Below, piece after piece: positions 52,900 through 61,666 of a stretch of DNA of 64,000 nt. The position numbers were made by a program, and so were the translations under genes. The notes beneath the pieces were generated by a model, which worked only from the letters and a program-made list of their open reading frames with translations, was not told where the DNA came from and made no database searches. This stretch comes from Planctomycetota bacterium (GTDB lineage Bacteria > Planctomycetota > UBA1135 > UBA2386), in contig OZ245838.1 in the NCBI GenBank assembly GCA_965228735.1, positions 3,744,001-3,808,000 of the forward strand, in the 5' to 3' direction. Positions within the stretch are counted from its first letter, which is position 1, and each line of letters opens with the position of its first letter.

Positions 52900-53469
52900 T
52901 CAAACGCCACGATGAACGGCCACCGCTGCTGACACTCCTGCCTCTTCGACGGCCTGCGCGATGCGCTGTTCGACCGCCGTCGCGCCATCGGCGACGTTCA
53001 TGAGCACGTGGAACGGGATCGCGCTCCGGTTGAAGCGACCGTTGTCCTCGATCGGCTTCGACCAGGACTCGGCAACTTCTTTCAGCGTCCTCATCAACGC
53101 GCTCATTGCTTCGAGTCCTTCGTCTGCCAGCACGTCGTCAGCGCGCTCGACGACGACGACGTAGGCCTCTGCCGGCAACCACTCGTCGAGGCACTCGAGG
53201 CAGTCCTGCAACGCCCACCAGTTCTCGCCGAAGCCATCGAAGAACTGGAACGAAGCCGCAAACTCGTCCATCAGCGCCTGGGTCGTCCGCATCTTGTTCC
53301 CGCGCAAACGCCGAACACAGACGTCCAGCCCGGGCCTGGAGTAGAAGAACGACGGGATCCACCGACGCCGCGCGGCCTCCGCGGGGCCGATGTGGATCCA
53401 CGGAGCCTCGACTCGGAACAGGAAGTCGAGAGCCGTTCGTTTCGCTGGATGCGAGTCCATCGAACCCAC
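52900..53469 (-). CDS. Barstar-family protein
   Basis: LRGNKMRTTQALMDEFAASFQFFDGFGENWWALQDCL matches the barstar FP.YFG.N.DAL.DCL pattern. The start could be 53460. Confidence 0.8.
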   Translation of the reverse strand: MGSMDSHPAKRTALDFLFRVEAPWIHIGPAEAARRRWIPSFFYSRPGLDVCVRRLRGNKMRTTQALMDEFAASFQFFDGFGENWWALQDCLECLDEWLPAEAYVVVVERADDVLADEGLEAMSALMRTLKEVAESWSKPIEDNGRFNRSAIPFHVLMNVADGATAVEQRIAQAVEEAGVSAAVAVHRGV

Positions 53470-53481
53470 TGGCTTGACCGA

Positions 53482-54168
53482 CTACGAACCCGCCGCCATC
53501 ACCGTCGGGTGCAGCTGCGACAGATCCACGACAGGCCGCACGGCCTTGCTCAACCGCTTGAGATACTCCGCCCGCGAGATCTCCCGCGCGCCCAGCCGCC
53601 CGAGATGCTCGGTGACGAACTGCACATCGATGAGCTCGATCCCCGCCTGCGTCAGCGATCGCACGAGCGCGACCAGCGCGACCTTGGACATGTCCGTGCG
53701 GCGGTGGAACTTCGACTCCGCGGCGAACAGACCGCCGACCTGCACGCCGTAGATGCCGCCGATGAGTTCTTCACCATCCCACACCTCGAGGCTGTGGGCG
53801 TGGCCGGCGCGGTGCAGGCGCAGGTAGGCCTTCACCATCTCCGGGATGATCCACGTGCCCTCCGATCGGCCGCGGCCGCAGGCTCTCATCACGCGTTCGA
53901 AGCTGGTGTTCCAGCGCAGTTCGAAGCGGCCCTGGTTGAGCGTCTTCTGCAGGCTGCGGCTCACGTGCAGATCGCCTGACTGCAGGATCGCGCGCGGGTC
54001 GGGGCTCCACCACATCGGGGGGTAGCCGAGGTCGTACCACGGGAAGATGCCGCGGCGGTAGGCGGCCAGCAGGCGCTTGGTCGACAGGTCGCCGCCGATC
54101 GCGACGAGGCCCTGGTCGTCGAAGTCGCGCGGGTCCGGGAACCGCGCCGGGGACGACGCGGTCAGCAT
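53482..54168 (-). CDS. aat: Leucyl/phenylalanyl-tRNA--protein transferase
   Basis: GLVAIGGDLS..RLLAAYRRGIFPW, WWSPDPR, TWIIPEM, AHSLEVW, LFAAESKFH and IDVQFVTEHL. Confidence 0.95.
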   Translation of the reverse strand: MLTASSPARFPDPRDFDDQGLVAIGGDLSTKRLLAAYRRGIFPWYDLGYPPMWWSPDPRAILQSGDLHVSRSLQKTLNQGRFELRWNTSFERVMRACGRGRSEGTWIIPEMVKAYLRLHRAGHAHSLEVWDGEELIGGIYGVQVGGLFAAESKFHRRTDMSKVALVALVRSLTQAGIELIDVQFVTEHLGRLGAREISRAEYLKRLSKAVRPVVDLSQLHPTVMAAGS

Positions 54169-54199
54169 GATCGGGGACTTCGGGGCGCCGCCGCGCACG

Positions 54200-55237
54200 T
54201 CACTTGTCCTTGAGCCGGCGCAGCGTCGTGCGCTGGTCCTCGCGGTCGGCGAGTTCGAGCACCTCGATGTCGCCGTCTTGCAACGGACGGAAGTAGACGC
54301 GCAGGCCGAGCGACGCGCGCAGGCTCCACGTGTCCTGGCCGCCGAGCTGCTTGACCTCGAGGCCCGGATACGAATGACCCTGGGTGCAAAACAGCAGGAT
54401 CGCCTGCACGGCCTGCTCGACGGCGCGGCGTTCCTTGCCCACGAGCGACTTGTAGAACGACGGCTGAAAGCGCGGGACGATCACGCGCGCGGGCGCCTCG
54501 GGCTCGGCCGGCGGCAGCGGCTTCTTCTTGCGGCGGCGGCTCTTCGGGATCAGCGTCTCGAGTTCTTGCACCTCGGCCTCGGCCGCGCGCAGCCGCGACT
54601 GCATGTGCGCGAGCCGGCGGCGCGACGCCTCGTCGGCGGTCACGAAGGCCTCGCGCTCGTCCTCGAGTTCGTGAACGCGCCGCTGCAGCGCGCGCATGGC
54701 CGCCGCATCGGCCGCCGCTGGCTTCGCGCCCGGGTTGTCCGCCTGGCTGCGCTCGAGCGCCTCGCGGTCGCGGCGTTCGGCCACGAGCTCGAGCTCGAGC
54801 CGTTCGTGCTGGCGCATCAACGCGGACTCCCGTTCGCCCGCCCGTCGCGCCGCGTCGCGCGCGCGCTCGAGCTCGTCCCGCACGCGCTGCAGCTCGCCCT
54901 CGCGCAACCGCAGGAGCTCCGCTGCCTCGGCGCGCGCGGCTGCGGCCTTCTTCGCGTCGACGTCCTCCGCGTTCGCTTCCGCCGGCGGCGGCGCGAGCAG
55001 GCCCACCACCTCGTCGAGCTGCTGCGAGTCCTTGAGCTCCGCGAGCTGGCGCGCGAGCACGCGGGCCGGCGCGCGGTCGACGCGGAAGCCCTTGGGCGAC
55101 AGGTCGAACTTCTTGCCGAGGCGGCGCAGCTCGCTCACGGGCACGAGGTGTTCGAGCAGCAGCGCGAGCGGCAGGTCCGTGCCCTTGCCGAGAACGTGCT
55201 CGACGAGCTTCTTCAGCACGAGCCTGGGCTGGCTCAT
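54200..55237 (-). CDS. Coiled-coil protein with a C-terminal RelE/ParE-like domain (345 aa)
   Basis: ATG at 55237. A long heptad-rich middle is followed by FQPSFYKSL...YPGLEVKQLGGQDTWSLRASLGLRVYF...IEVLELADRED. Confidence 0.7.
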   Translation of the reverse strand: MSQPRLVLKKLVEHVLGKGTDLPLALLLEHLVPVSELRRLGKKFDLSPKGFRVDRAPARVLARQLAELKDSQQLDEVVGLLAPPPAEANAEDVDAKKAAAARAEAAELLRLREGELQRVRDELERARDAARRAGERESALMRQHERLELELVAERRDREALERSQADNPGAKPAAADAAAMRALQRRVHELEDEREAFVTADEASRRRLAHMQSRLRAAEAEVQELETLIPKSRRRKKKPLPPAEPEAPARVIVPRFQPSFYKSLVGKERRAVEQAVQAILLFCTQGHSYPGLEVKQLGGQDTWSLRASLGLRVYFRPLQDGDIEVLELADREDQRTTLRRLKDK

Positions 55238-55335
55238 CGCGGAGCCCCCCCGCGGCCCGAGGTCTCGGGCCCGACGACCGAGAGCTCCGCCGACCAACGC
55301 ACGGGGGCAGCCTAACCGGTCTGCGGTGCCGGCCG

Positions 55336-55842
55336 CTACTTCGGCGGCGACTCGGGCGTTGCGGCGCCCGGCGCGCGCGGCGCCGGGTAGATCACCTCGA
55401 CGGGATACTCGCTGTAGCCGCGCTCGTCCCACTGCCGTTCGATCGTCTCGCGCTGCTCCGCGGTGATCGCGGGCTCGTTCCAGGAGCGCCAGACCACCCA
55501 CTCGAGCAGGTCGAACGGCGAGCCGACGAGCGTGCCGACCTGCCACAGCACGAACGACGGGAACAAGAACGTCGACAGCTGGTCGCGCGACTCCTTCTCC
55601 TGCGTGCGGTAGACGGTCCAGGTCACGGGCAACGCCGCGACGTCGATCGGAATGCCGACGACGAAGCCGAGCGTGCCGCCGATCGCCGCGGGCGCGCGCG
55701 TGAACCACGTGCGGCCCGACTCGGGCTGGACGAGTTCATTGGTGTAGCGCACGAGGGGCGTGCAGCCGGTGCTCGCGGACGCGAACAGCAGCCCGGCGAC
55801 CGTGATACCGACCCGTCCTGCGCTCATTCGGCGCGCGCTCAT
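55336..55842 (-). CDS. Putative lipoprotein
   Basis: Lipobox-like ASTGC after a hydrophobic stretch, then GIPIDVAALPVTW. The start is 55842 or 55827. Confidence 0.65.
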   Translation of the reverse strand: MSARRMSAGRVGITVAGLLFASASTGCTPLVRYTNELVQPESGRTWFTRAPAAIGGTLGFVVGIPIDVAALPVTWTVYRTQEKESRDQLSTFLFPSFVLWQVGTLVGSPFDLLEWVVWRSWNEPAITAEQRETIERQWDERGYSEYPVEVIYPAPRAPGAATPESPPK

Positions 55843-55861
55843 CGCCGTGCGCCCATCGGGG

Positions 55862-56485
55862 TCAGTTCTTCTTCGGCTCGCGGCGCGCGAACTCCATGGC
55901 CTCGATCGTCCAACGATCCTCGATCTCGGGCGGCGGCGTGCGGAACTGCGCGAACATGCGCTTGTCGCCACCGGTGATGTTGGACAGCTTGAGCGTGCGC
56001 AGACGCCAGACCGACTGCACGGCCTGCCCGCTGCCGGTCGCGCCGGACTCGACGTTCCACAGGATCGACTGGATCAGATCGAGCTGCAGCGGCAGCTCCT
56101 TGTTGCGCCACGCGACCGTCATGACGTGATCGACGACCCGCTGCTTGCTGCCCGGAATCCGCGCCGGCACCTCCTTGGGGCCGAGCAGCGAGTAGTCGTT
56201 GGACGCGAGCCCGCCGTTGGCGGCGGCCGCGAGGATCTGCGCGTTGAAGAACGTGCGCGGCTGCCGCGTCAGCCCGACGCTGCTGCCGTTGACGACCTCG
56301 ATCTGCTTCTGCAGCGCGCCGATCTTCTCGAGCACGCCGTCCCGCCGCGTCGCCGCGGCCTTCGCGCGCTCGCATTCCTTGATCTCCTCGTTGGTCTGGT
56401 AGGCCCACCAGCCGCAGACCGGCAGGAGCACGACGCAGATGAGGATGAGGACGGTGTAGAGGTCCAGTTGGCCGAGAATCTTCAT
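55862..56485 (-). CDS. PilO/GspM-like bitopic membrane protein
   Basis: N-terminal TM, coiled coil and an alpha/beta C-terminal domain, directly downstream of the pilM-like gene. The call is mostly positional. Confidence 0.55.
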   Translation of the reverse strand: MKILGQLDLYTVLILICVVLLPVCGWWAYQTNEEIKECERAKAAATRRDGVLEKIGALQKQIEVVNGSSVGLTRQPRTFFNAQILAAAANGGLASNDYSLLGPKEVPARIPGSKQRVVDHVMTVAWRNKELPLQLDLIQSILWNVESGATGSGQAVQSVWRLRTLKLSNITGGDKRMFAQFRTPPPEIEDRWTIEAMEFARREPKKN

Positions 56486-56489
56486 CGCA

Positions 56490-58490
56490 TCACCTCCGCG
56501 CGCTCGCGCCTTCGCCGAACGGGTCGAACGATTCCTTGATCTCCAGCGTCACGCGGAAATACGCGCCGACGACGTTGGTCTCGTCGGTGTCCTTGAACAG
56601 CTCTTCACGGAACCAGTCGGTGCGCTTGTTCTCCGGCTCGGTGAACGGTGAATCCGGCCGCTTCTGCTCGGCCTCGAGCTCGGCCTTGAGCAGGTCGCCG
56701 CGCTCACGGAAGCCGGGGCCACGCAGCGCGAGGTCGAACACGAGCGAGCGCTTGCCCGAACCCATCGACAGGTCGATGCGCGTCACGAGCGGTCGCTTGA
56801 GCCGCTCTTCGAGTCGTCCAAGGATCTCCGAGAAGCGCACGAGCACCGCGTAGCCCGACTCGAGCGAGACGTCCTCGTAGATGCCCGACTTCTTCTGCTT
56901 CTCCTCGGCGACGGCCTTGAGCCGCGCGTAGAGCAACTGCAGGCGGTCGTGGACCGGCGTCGCGAGCAGCTCCTCGCGCAGGTCCTTCCACTTGTAGAGT
57001 TTGCCCTTCGACCGCTCGTAGGCGAAGTTGCGCGCGTCCTCCCACCACCGGCCGGCGAGCACGTAGCTGACCATGCCGAAGAACGCGGTGTCGCCGCGCT
57101 CGCCGTGGTAGGTCTTGCCGATCTCGAGGTGCAGGTTGTTGAGCTTGGCCGCCTGGTGGTTGCCGTAGACGAACACCGCGAGCAGCCCGATCATCAACGT
57201 GATCGTCAGCGGGAACTTGATGCGCTCGAAGCCGCGCGTGAACGCCAGGTCCTCGCGCCGCAGGTCGAGACCGGCTGGACCGCCGAACGGCGCGAGCGCG
57301 AGCCCGATCGCCGTCGTCAGCCGCGGGCCGAGGGCATGGGCCTCGTCGTCGTCGAGGTCGTGCTGCACGTGCTGCAGCATGTCGAGCTCGCGCGGCGTGC
57401 GGCCGAACACCTCGGCGACGACGTCCGTGACGCCGGCGAAGCGGCAGCCGCCGCCGGTCAGCCAGACGGCGCGGAAATTGTCGCGCCCGGTCGCCGCGAG
57501 GTAGCGGAACAGCTCGCGCGCGAAGCGCTGCAAGAACGCCGCGCGCGCGGCCTCGACCTCGGCGGCCGTCACCGTGACGGTGCGGGCCGGGCCCAATCCC
57601 GGGTCTTCGGCCGTCGGCTCGTCGCTCGCCGACTCGAGATCGACGTCGTCCGTCGTCGCCGGCAGTTCGTTGCCGACCTCGACCGTGTAGTCGCTGCCGG
57701 TCTCCGCGATCGTCGCGGCGGCCTCGTCCGCGAGGTCGTGCGGCAGGCCGTGGCGCTTGGCGATGTCCTCGCTGACCGCAGCGACGCCGAGGCGCAGCAC
57801 GCGCATGTCGACGAGGTCGCCGTCGTCGACCAGCAGCACCTTGACGCTACGTGAGCCGACCTCGACGACGGCGGTGAGCGTCGACAGCGCGCCGCCGCTG
57901 CCGGCCCCGGCAGCCCCGGCGGCCGCGGCCGCTGCATCGTCGTCGTCGTCGTCCTCGATGACGACATCGTCGTCGTCATGCAGTTCGCCGAACGCGCCAG
58001 CACAGTCGGCGGCGCGCCACAGCCCCATCGTGTCGAGGTCGATCGACTCGGGCTCGATCGACGCGGCCTCGAGCGCACCGAGCTGGCCGCGCAGCCCGTC
58101 CTTCGGCACCGCCGCGACGAGCACGCGCGACGCACCGTCGATCCCGCCGTCGGTCTCGATGAAGTCGACGATCATGTCGTCGACCGAGTAGCCGTGGATC
58201 TCGCCCTCGACCTCGGCCTTGATCACCTTGCGGATCGCGTCCTTGCCCTTGAACGGCAGGTCGAGCCGGCGCAACACGGCCTCGCGGCACGGATGACCGA
58301 GCCGGAGCTCGCCCTTCATGCCGTCGTCGATCGCCGTGCGGGCCGCGGCCGCGACCGACACCACGCGGGGCTCGACCGTGCTGTGGGGTTCGGTATAGAC
58401 GCGCACGAGGCGCGGCTTGCGATAGCTGCCGTCGAGCTCGACGACCTTCACGAGCGCATCGCCCGGGTCGACTCCGATTGTCTTTGGCAT
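56490..58490 (-). CDS. pilM: PilM-like actin-fold protein fused to a TM + periplasmic (PilN/GspL-like) region
   Basis: TIGVDPGDALVKVVEL, LRRLDLPF, VLVAAVPK, AVVEVGSRSVKV, VWLTGGG, AIGLAL and DLRRE, followed by a TM helix and ~220 further residues. Confidence 0.75.
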   Translation of the reverse strand: MPKTIGVDPGDALVKVVELDGSYRKPRLVRVYTEPHSTVEPRVVSVAAAARTAIDDGMKGELRLGHPCREAVLRRLDLPFKGKDAIRKVIKAEVEGEIHGYSVDDMIVDFIETDGGIDGASRVLVAAVPKDGLRGQLGALEAASIEPESIDLDTMGLWRAADCAGAFGELHDDDDVVIEDDDDDDAAAAAAGAAGAGSGGALSTLTAVVEVGSRSVKVLLVDDGDLVDMRVLRLGVAAVSEDIAKRHGLPHDLADEAAATIAETGSDYTVEVGNELPATTDDVDLESASDEPTAEDPGLGPARTVTVTAAEVEAARAAFLQRFARELFRYLAATGRDNFRAVWLTGGGCRFAGVTDVVAEVFGRTPRELDMLQHVQHDLDDDEAHALGPRLTTAIGLALAPFGGPAGLDLRREDLAFTRGFERIKFPLTITLMIGLLAVFVYGNHQAAKLNNLHLEIGKTYHGERGDTAFFGMVSYVLAGRWWEDARNFAYERSKGKLYKWKDLREELLATPVHDRLQLLYARLKAVAEEKQKKSGIYEDVSLESGYAVLVRFSEILGRLEERLKRPLVTRIDLSMGSGKRSLVFDLALRGPGFRERGDLLKAELEAEQKRPDSPFTEPENKRTDWFREELFKDTDETNVVGAYFRVTLEIKESFDPFGEGASARR

Positions 58491-58582
58491 CGTCTGTGAT
58501 TGCTCCTGGCGGGACACCGGGGTTCCGCCAAGGGATCCGGAGTCGTTCGGGTACCCGGTTTACGACGGGGCCGAGTCGCCCG

Positions 58583-58960
58583 CTATTTCGGTTTGGTTTC
58601 GAGGTCGTAACGCGCCCGCTGGTCGTCGTCCAGAATGGCGCGAATCCGGGCCTTCTGCCGATCGCGCGCGCGCAGCAACTGGTTCTGGATCGGGCTCGGC
58701 AGCATCGAGAACTCGGCCCGTCGGAAGATCTGATACTCGTCGGCCCGCAGCTGCTGCATCACGAGCCGGAGGCTGCGTTCCTGGCGCGGGTCGAGACCGT
58801 AGTCGGCCACGATCTGGCGCACGAAGTGCTCGTCCTGGTCGACGGGCGTCGGCACGGACGCCGCCATGAGATCCGGCGCGGCGAGACCGACGTTGAAGCC
58901 GGCCATGAAGCAGCCCACAGCCGCTCCGAGGATCCAGAACGTCAGGCCCTTCACCTTCAC
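58583..58960 (-). CDS. Small membrane-anchored Spy/CpxP-like periplasmic protein
   Basis: TM helix, YGLDPRQERSLR and RIRAILDDDQRARY (LTxxQ-like). It is the third gene of the ECF operon. Confidence 0.6.
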   Translation of the reverse strand: MKVKGLTFWILGAAVGCFMAGFNVGLAAPDLMAASVPTPVDQDEHFVRQIVADYGLDPRQERSLRLVMQQLRADEYQIFRRAEFSMLPSPIQNQLLRARDRQKARIRAILDDDQRARYDLETKPK

Positions 58961-58969
58961 GCGGCCTCG

Positions 58970-59428
58970 CTAGCGTCCCTGCTGGCGCCCCAGCTGGCGC
59001 GCGATCTCGTCGAGGCGCTCCATCTCGCGCTCGACCTCGGCCGGGTCGGCCTCGAGCGTGTCGTTGCGGCCGTCGGGGAACAGCCCGGCGTGCCAGCACA
59101 GGCCGATGCCGAACAGGATCGCCGCGGCGATCAGCACGCGCCGGCAGATCACCAGCGCCCGGCCCGCGACCTCCTGCTGTTCGAGCTCGATGCGGCTCGG
59201 CAGCTGGCGCACTTCGGCGAGCACCGCCGCCGTGAACCCAGCCGAAGGGGTGAAGGCCTGCTCGCGGCCGAACGCGAAGCCGCGCGACCGTTCGTCGTAG
59301 TCGTCGAGGCTCGCGCGCAGCGCCGGCTCGCGGAGCAGTCGCTGCTCGAGCCGCTGCGTCGCGGACTCGTCCAGCTCGCCATCGCGATACTTCTGCAGCA
59401 GCAGCTGATCGTCGTCGTGGATCGTCAT
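58970..59428 (-). CDS. Anti-sigma factor
   Basis: LLQKYRDGELDESATQRLEQRL, PSAGFTAAVLAEV and a TM helix. It lies immediately downstream of the ECF sigma gene. Confidence 0.75.
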   Translation of the reverse strand: MTIHDDDQLLLQKYRDGELDESATQRLEQRLLREPALRASLDDYDERSRGFAFGREQAFTPSAGFTAAVLAEVRQLPSRIELEQQEVAGRALVICRRVLIAAAILFGIGLCWHAGLFPDGRNDTLEADPAEVEREMERLDEIARQLGRQQGR

Positions 59429-59432
59429 TGCA

Positions 59433-60035
59433 CTACCCCCGCGATGGGACGAGGTCGGGGTGATCGCGCTCGAGCGCTTCCTTGAAGCGTTGGCGGGCGC
59501 GGAAGAGGCGGGACTCGACGGTGCCGAGATTGCACTCGAGCACGTCGCTGATCTGGTTGTAGCTCAGTTCTTCGTACTCCCGCAGGATCAGGATCGTGCG
59601 GTACTTCTCCGGCAGCTTGTCGAGGATGCGACGGGTGACCGTCGCGAGCTCCTTCGCCATCGCCGGCTCGGCCGGGTTGCCGTCGCTGCCGTCATTGCGC
59701 TCGTTGATCTCGAGGACGACGTCCTCGACGAGCCGCAGACGCCGTGAGCTCGCGCGCGCCAGGTGGTCGGTCGCGGTGTTGACCGCGATGCGGTAGAGCC
59801 AGGTGAAGAAGGCCGAACCGCCCTGGAACGTGTCGAGCTTGCGGAACACCTTGAGAAACACGTCCTGCGCGAGGTCCTCGCACTCGACCTGGTCCCGGCA
59901 GTAGCGGCTCAGCAGCCGGAAGAGCCGGTCCTTGTAGCGGTCGACGAGCGTGCCGAACGCGGTCTCGCTGCCATCGAGGATGGCAGCGATGAGCTCACTG
60001 TCGGGCGTCTCGGGTCGTAGCTTCAAGGCGAACAC
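59433..60035 (-). CDS. ECF RNA polymerase sigma factor (RpoE-like)
   Basis: AFGTLVDRY, EDLAQDVFLKVF, FFTWLYRIAVN and LPEKYRTILILRE..LSYNQIS..GTVESRLFRAR. Confidence 0.93.
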   Translation of the reverse strand: MFALKLRPETPDSELIAAILDGSETAFGTLVDRYKDRLFRLLSRYCRDQVECEDLAQDVFLKVFRKLDTFQGGSAFFTWLYRIAVNTATDHLARASSRRLRLVEDVVLEINERNDGSDGNPAEPAMAKELATVTRRILDKLPEKYRTILILREYEELSYNQISDVLECNLGTVESRLFRARQRFKEALERDHPDLVPSRG

Positions 60036-60097
60036 GGTCCTTGAGAGGGGCTACCGGGGCGTTTTCTTCCCGGCAGCCTGCGTTTCTCGCGCGGGGA

Positions 60098-61420
60098 TCA
60101 GGAACCCGCACCACCAGCGGGGTTCTGGGACGGCGAGCCGTTCTCCGGAGCGGTCTTCGGAGCCGCCTCCGGAACGGCGTCCGGAGCCCCTGCCGGCCGC
60201 TCCAGCAGATGGCCCATCTTGTCGCGCTTGGTCTCCAAGTATTTGGCGTTGTGCGGGTTGGGCTCGAGCGCGAGGGCGACCTGCTCGACGATCTCGAGGC
60301 CGTAGCCCTGCAGGCCCGAGAGCTTCTTGGGGTTGTTCGTCAGCACCCGCAGGCGCCGGCAGCCGAGGTCGTGCAGGATCTGGGCGCCCGTGCCGAATTC
60401 GCGTTCGTCCGGCCGAAAACCGAGGTGGACGTTGGCCTCGACCGTGTCCATGCCCTGATCCTGCAGCGCGTAGGCCTTGAGCTTGTTCTCGAGCCCGATC
60501 CCGCGACCCTCCTGGCTGATGTAGAGCACGATGCCGCGGCCGGCCTCCTGCACGCGCTTCATCGCCTCCTGCAGCTGCGGACCGCAGTCGCAGCGCAGCG
60601 AACCGAACACGTCGCCCGTGAGGCACTGCGAGTGCACCCGCACGAGCACCGGGTCGTCGAGCGGCGGGAAGCGGCCGTCCTCGCCGACGTCCTCGATGCC
60701 GACGGCGAGCGCCATGTGCGTGCGGCCGTCGGCCTTGCTCACGTAGGTGTGGCAGTCGAAGTAGCCGAACTCGGTCGGCATCCGCGCGACCGTGACGCGC
60801 TCGATGAGGCGTTCGCGCCGGCGGCGATACTCCACGAGATCGGCGATGCACCCCATCTTGACGTCGTGGCGCTTGCAGAACTCTTCGAGTTCGGGCACGC
60901 GCGCCATCTCGCCGTCCTCCTTGGTGATCTCGCAGATCACGCCCGCGGGCCGCAGCCCGGCGAGGCGACAGAGATCGACCATGCCCTCGGTCTGTCCGGT
61001 CCGCACGAGCACGCCGCCGTCACGCGCGCGCAGCGGGAAGATGTGACCGGGACTCACGAGGTCGGACGGCTGGGCGTCCGGGTTGGCCAACGCCTTGATC
61101 GTCGTCGAGCGGTCGCGCGCCGAGATGCCGGTCGTGACGCCCTCGGCGGCCTCGACGCTGACGGTGAACGCGGTGCCGAGGCCGCTGCGATTCTCCGCGA
61201 CCATCATCGGCAACTGCAACTGGTCACAGATCGAACCGTCGAGGGCCACGCAGATCAGGCCGCAGGCTTCGCGCGCCATCATCGCGACGAGCTCGGGGGT
61301 CGTCTTCTCGGCGGCGAAGCACAGGTCGCCTTCGTTCTCGCGGTCGGGATCGTCGACCAGCACGATCGGACGGCCGGCCTGGAGTTCTTCTAGCAGTTCG
61401 GGGATCGGCGAGAACGTCAT
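60098..61420 (-). CDS. ribBA: Bifunctional DHBP synthase / GTP cyclohydrolase II
   Basis: DDPDRENEGD, TAFTVSV, TTGISARDR, PGHIFPL, VRVHSQCLTGDVFGSLRCDCG, QEGRGIGL and LTNNPKK. ATG at 61420. Confidence 0.97.
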   Translation of the reverse strand: MTFSPIPELLEELQAGRPIVLVDDPDRENEGDLCFAAEKTTPELVAMMAREACGLICVALDGSICDQLQLPMMVAENRSGLGTAFTVSVEAAEGVTTGISARDRSTTIKALANPDAQPSDLVSPGHIFPLRARDGGVLVRTGQTEGMVDLCRLAGLRPAGVICEITKEDGEMARVPELEEFCKRHDVKMGCIADLVEYRRRRERLIERVTVARMPTEFGYFDCHTYVSKADGRTHMALAVGIEDVGEDGRFPPLDDPVLVRVHSQCLTGDVFGSLRCDCGPQLQEAMKRVQEAGRGIVLYISQEGRGIGLENKLKAYALQDQGMDTVEANVHLGFRPDEREFGTGAQILHDLGCRRLRVLTNNPKKLSGLQGYGLEIVEQVALALEPNPHNAKYLETKRDKMGHLLERPAGAPDAVPEAAPKTAPENGSPSQNPAGGAGS

Positions 61421-61666
61421 GTAACTCGTTGGGTTGGATCGATCAGTGTAGTCCGGCGCCGGTGCTTGGACCATGCGCGACACGCGGCCCGGGGGCAGGG
61501 GTCGGGGGAAACCCACAGGTGGCGCTGTCGCGAAAGTCGCCACCGCACCGGCAGGTGCCCAAACGTTCGACGGCGGCCCTGGATTTCCGTCAAGCGGGGG
61601 CTCGCCGCTCGCCGAAACCATTGGAAGCAACGGGGAAGCGGCAACCGAGGGAAGAAGGGACAGGGA

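Noticed and set aside
61421..61666. Possible FMN riboswitch upstream of ribBA (hairpins near 61517-61560)
   Set aside because: The conserved RFN sequence blocks were not found. The hairpins are short and unremarkable for GC-rich DNA.
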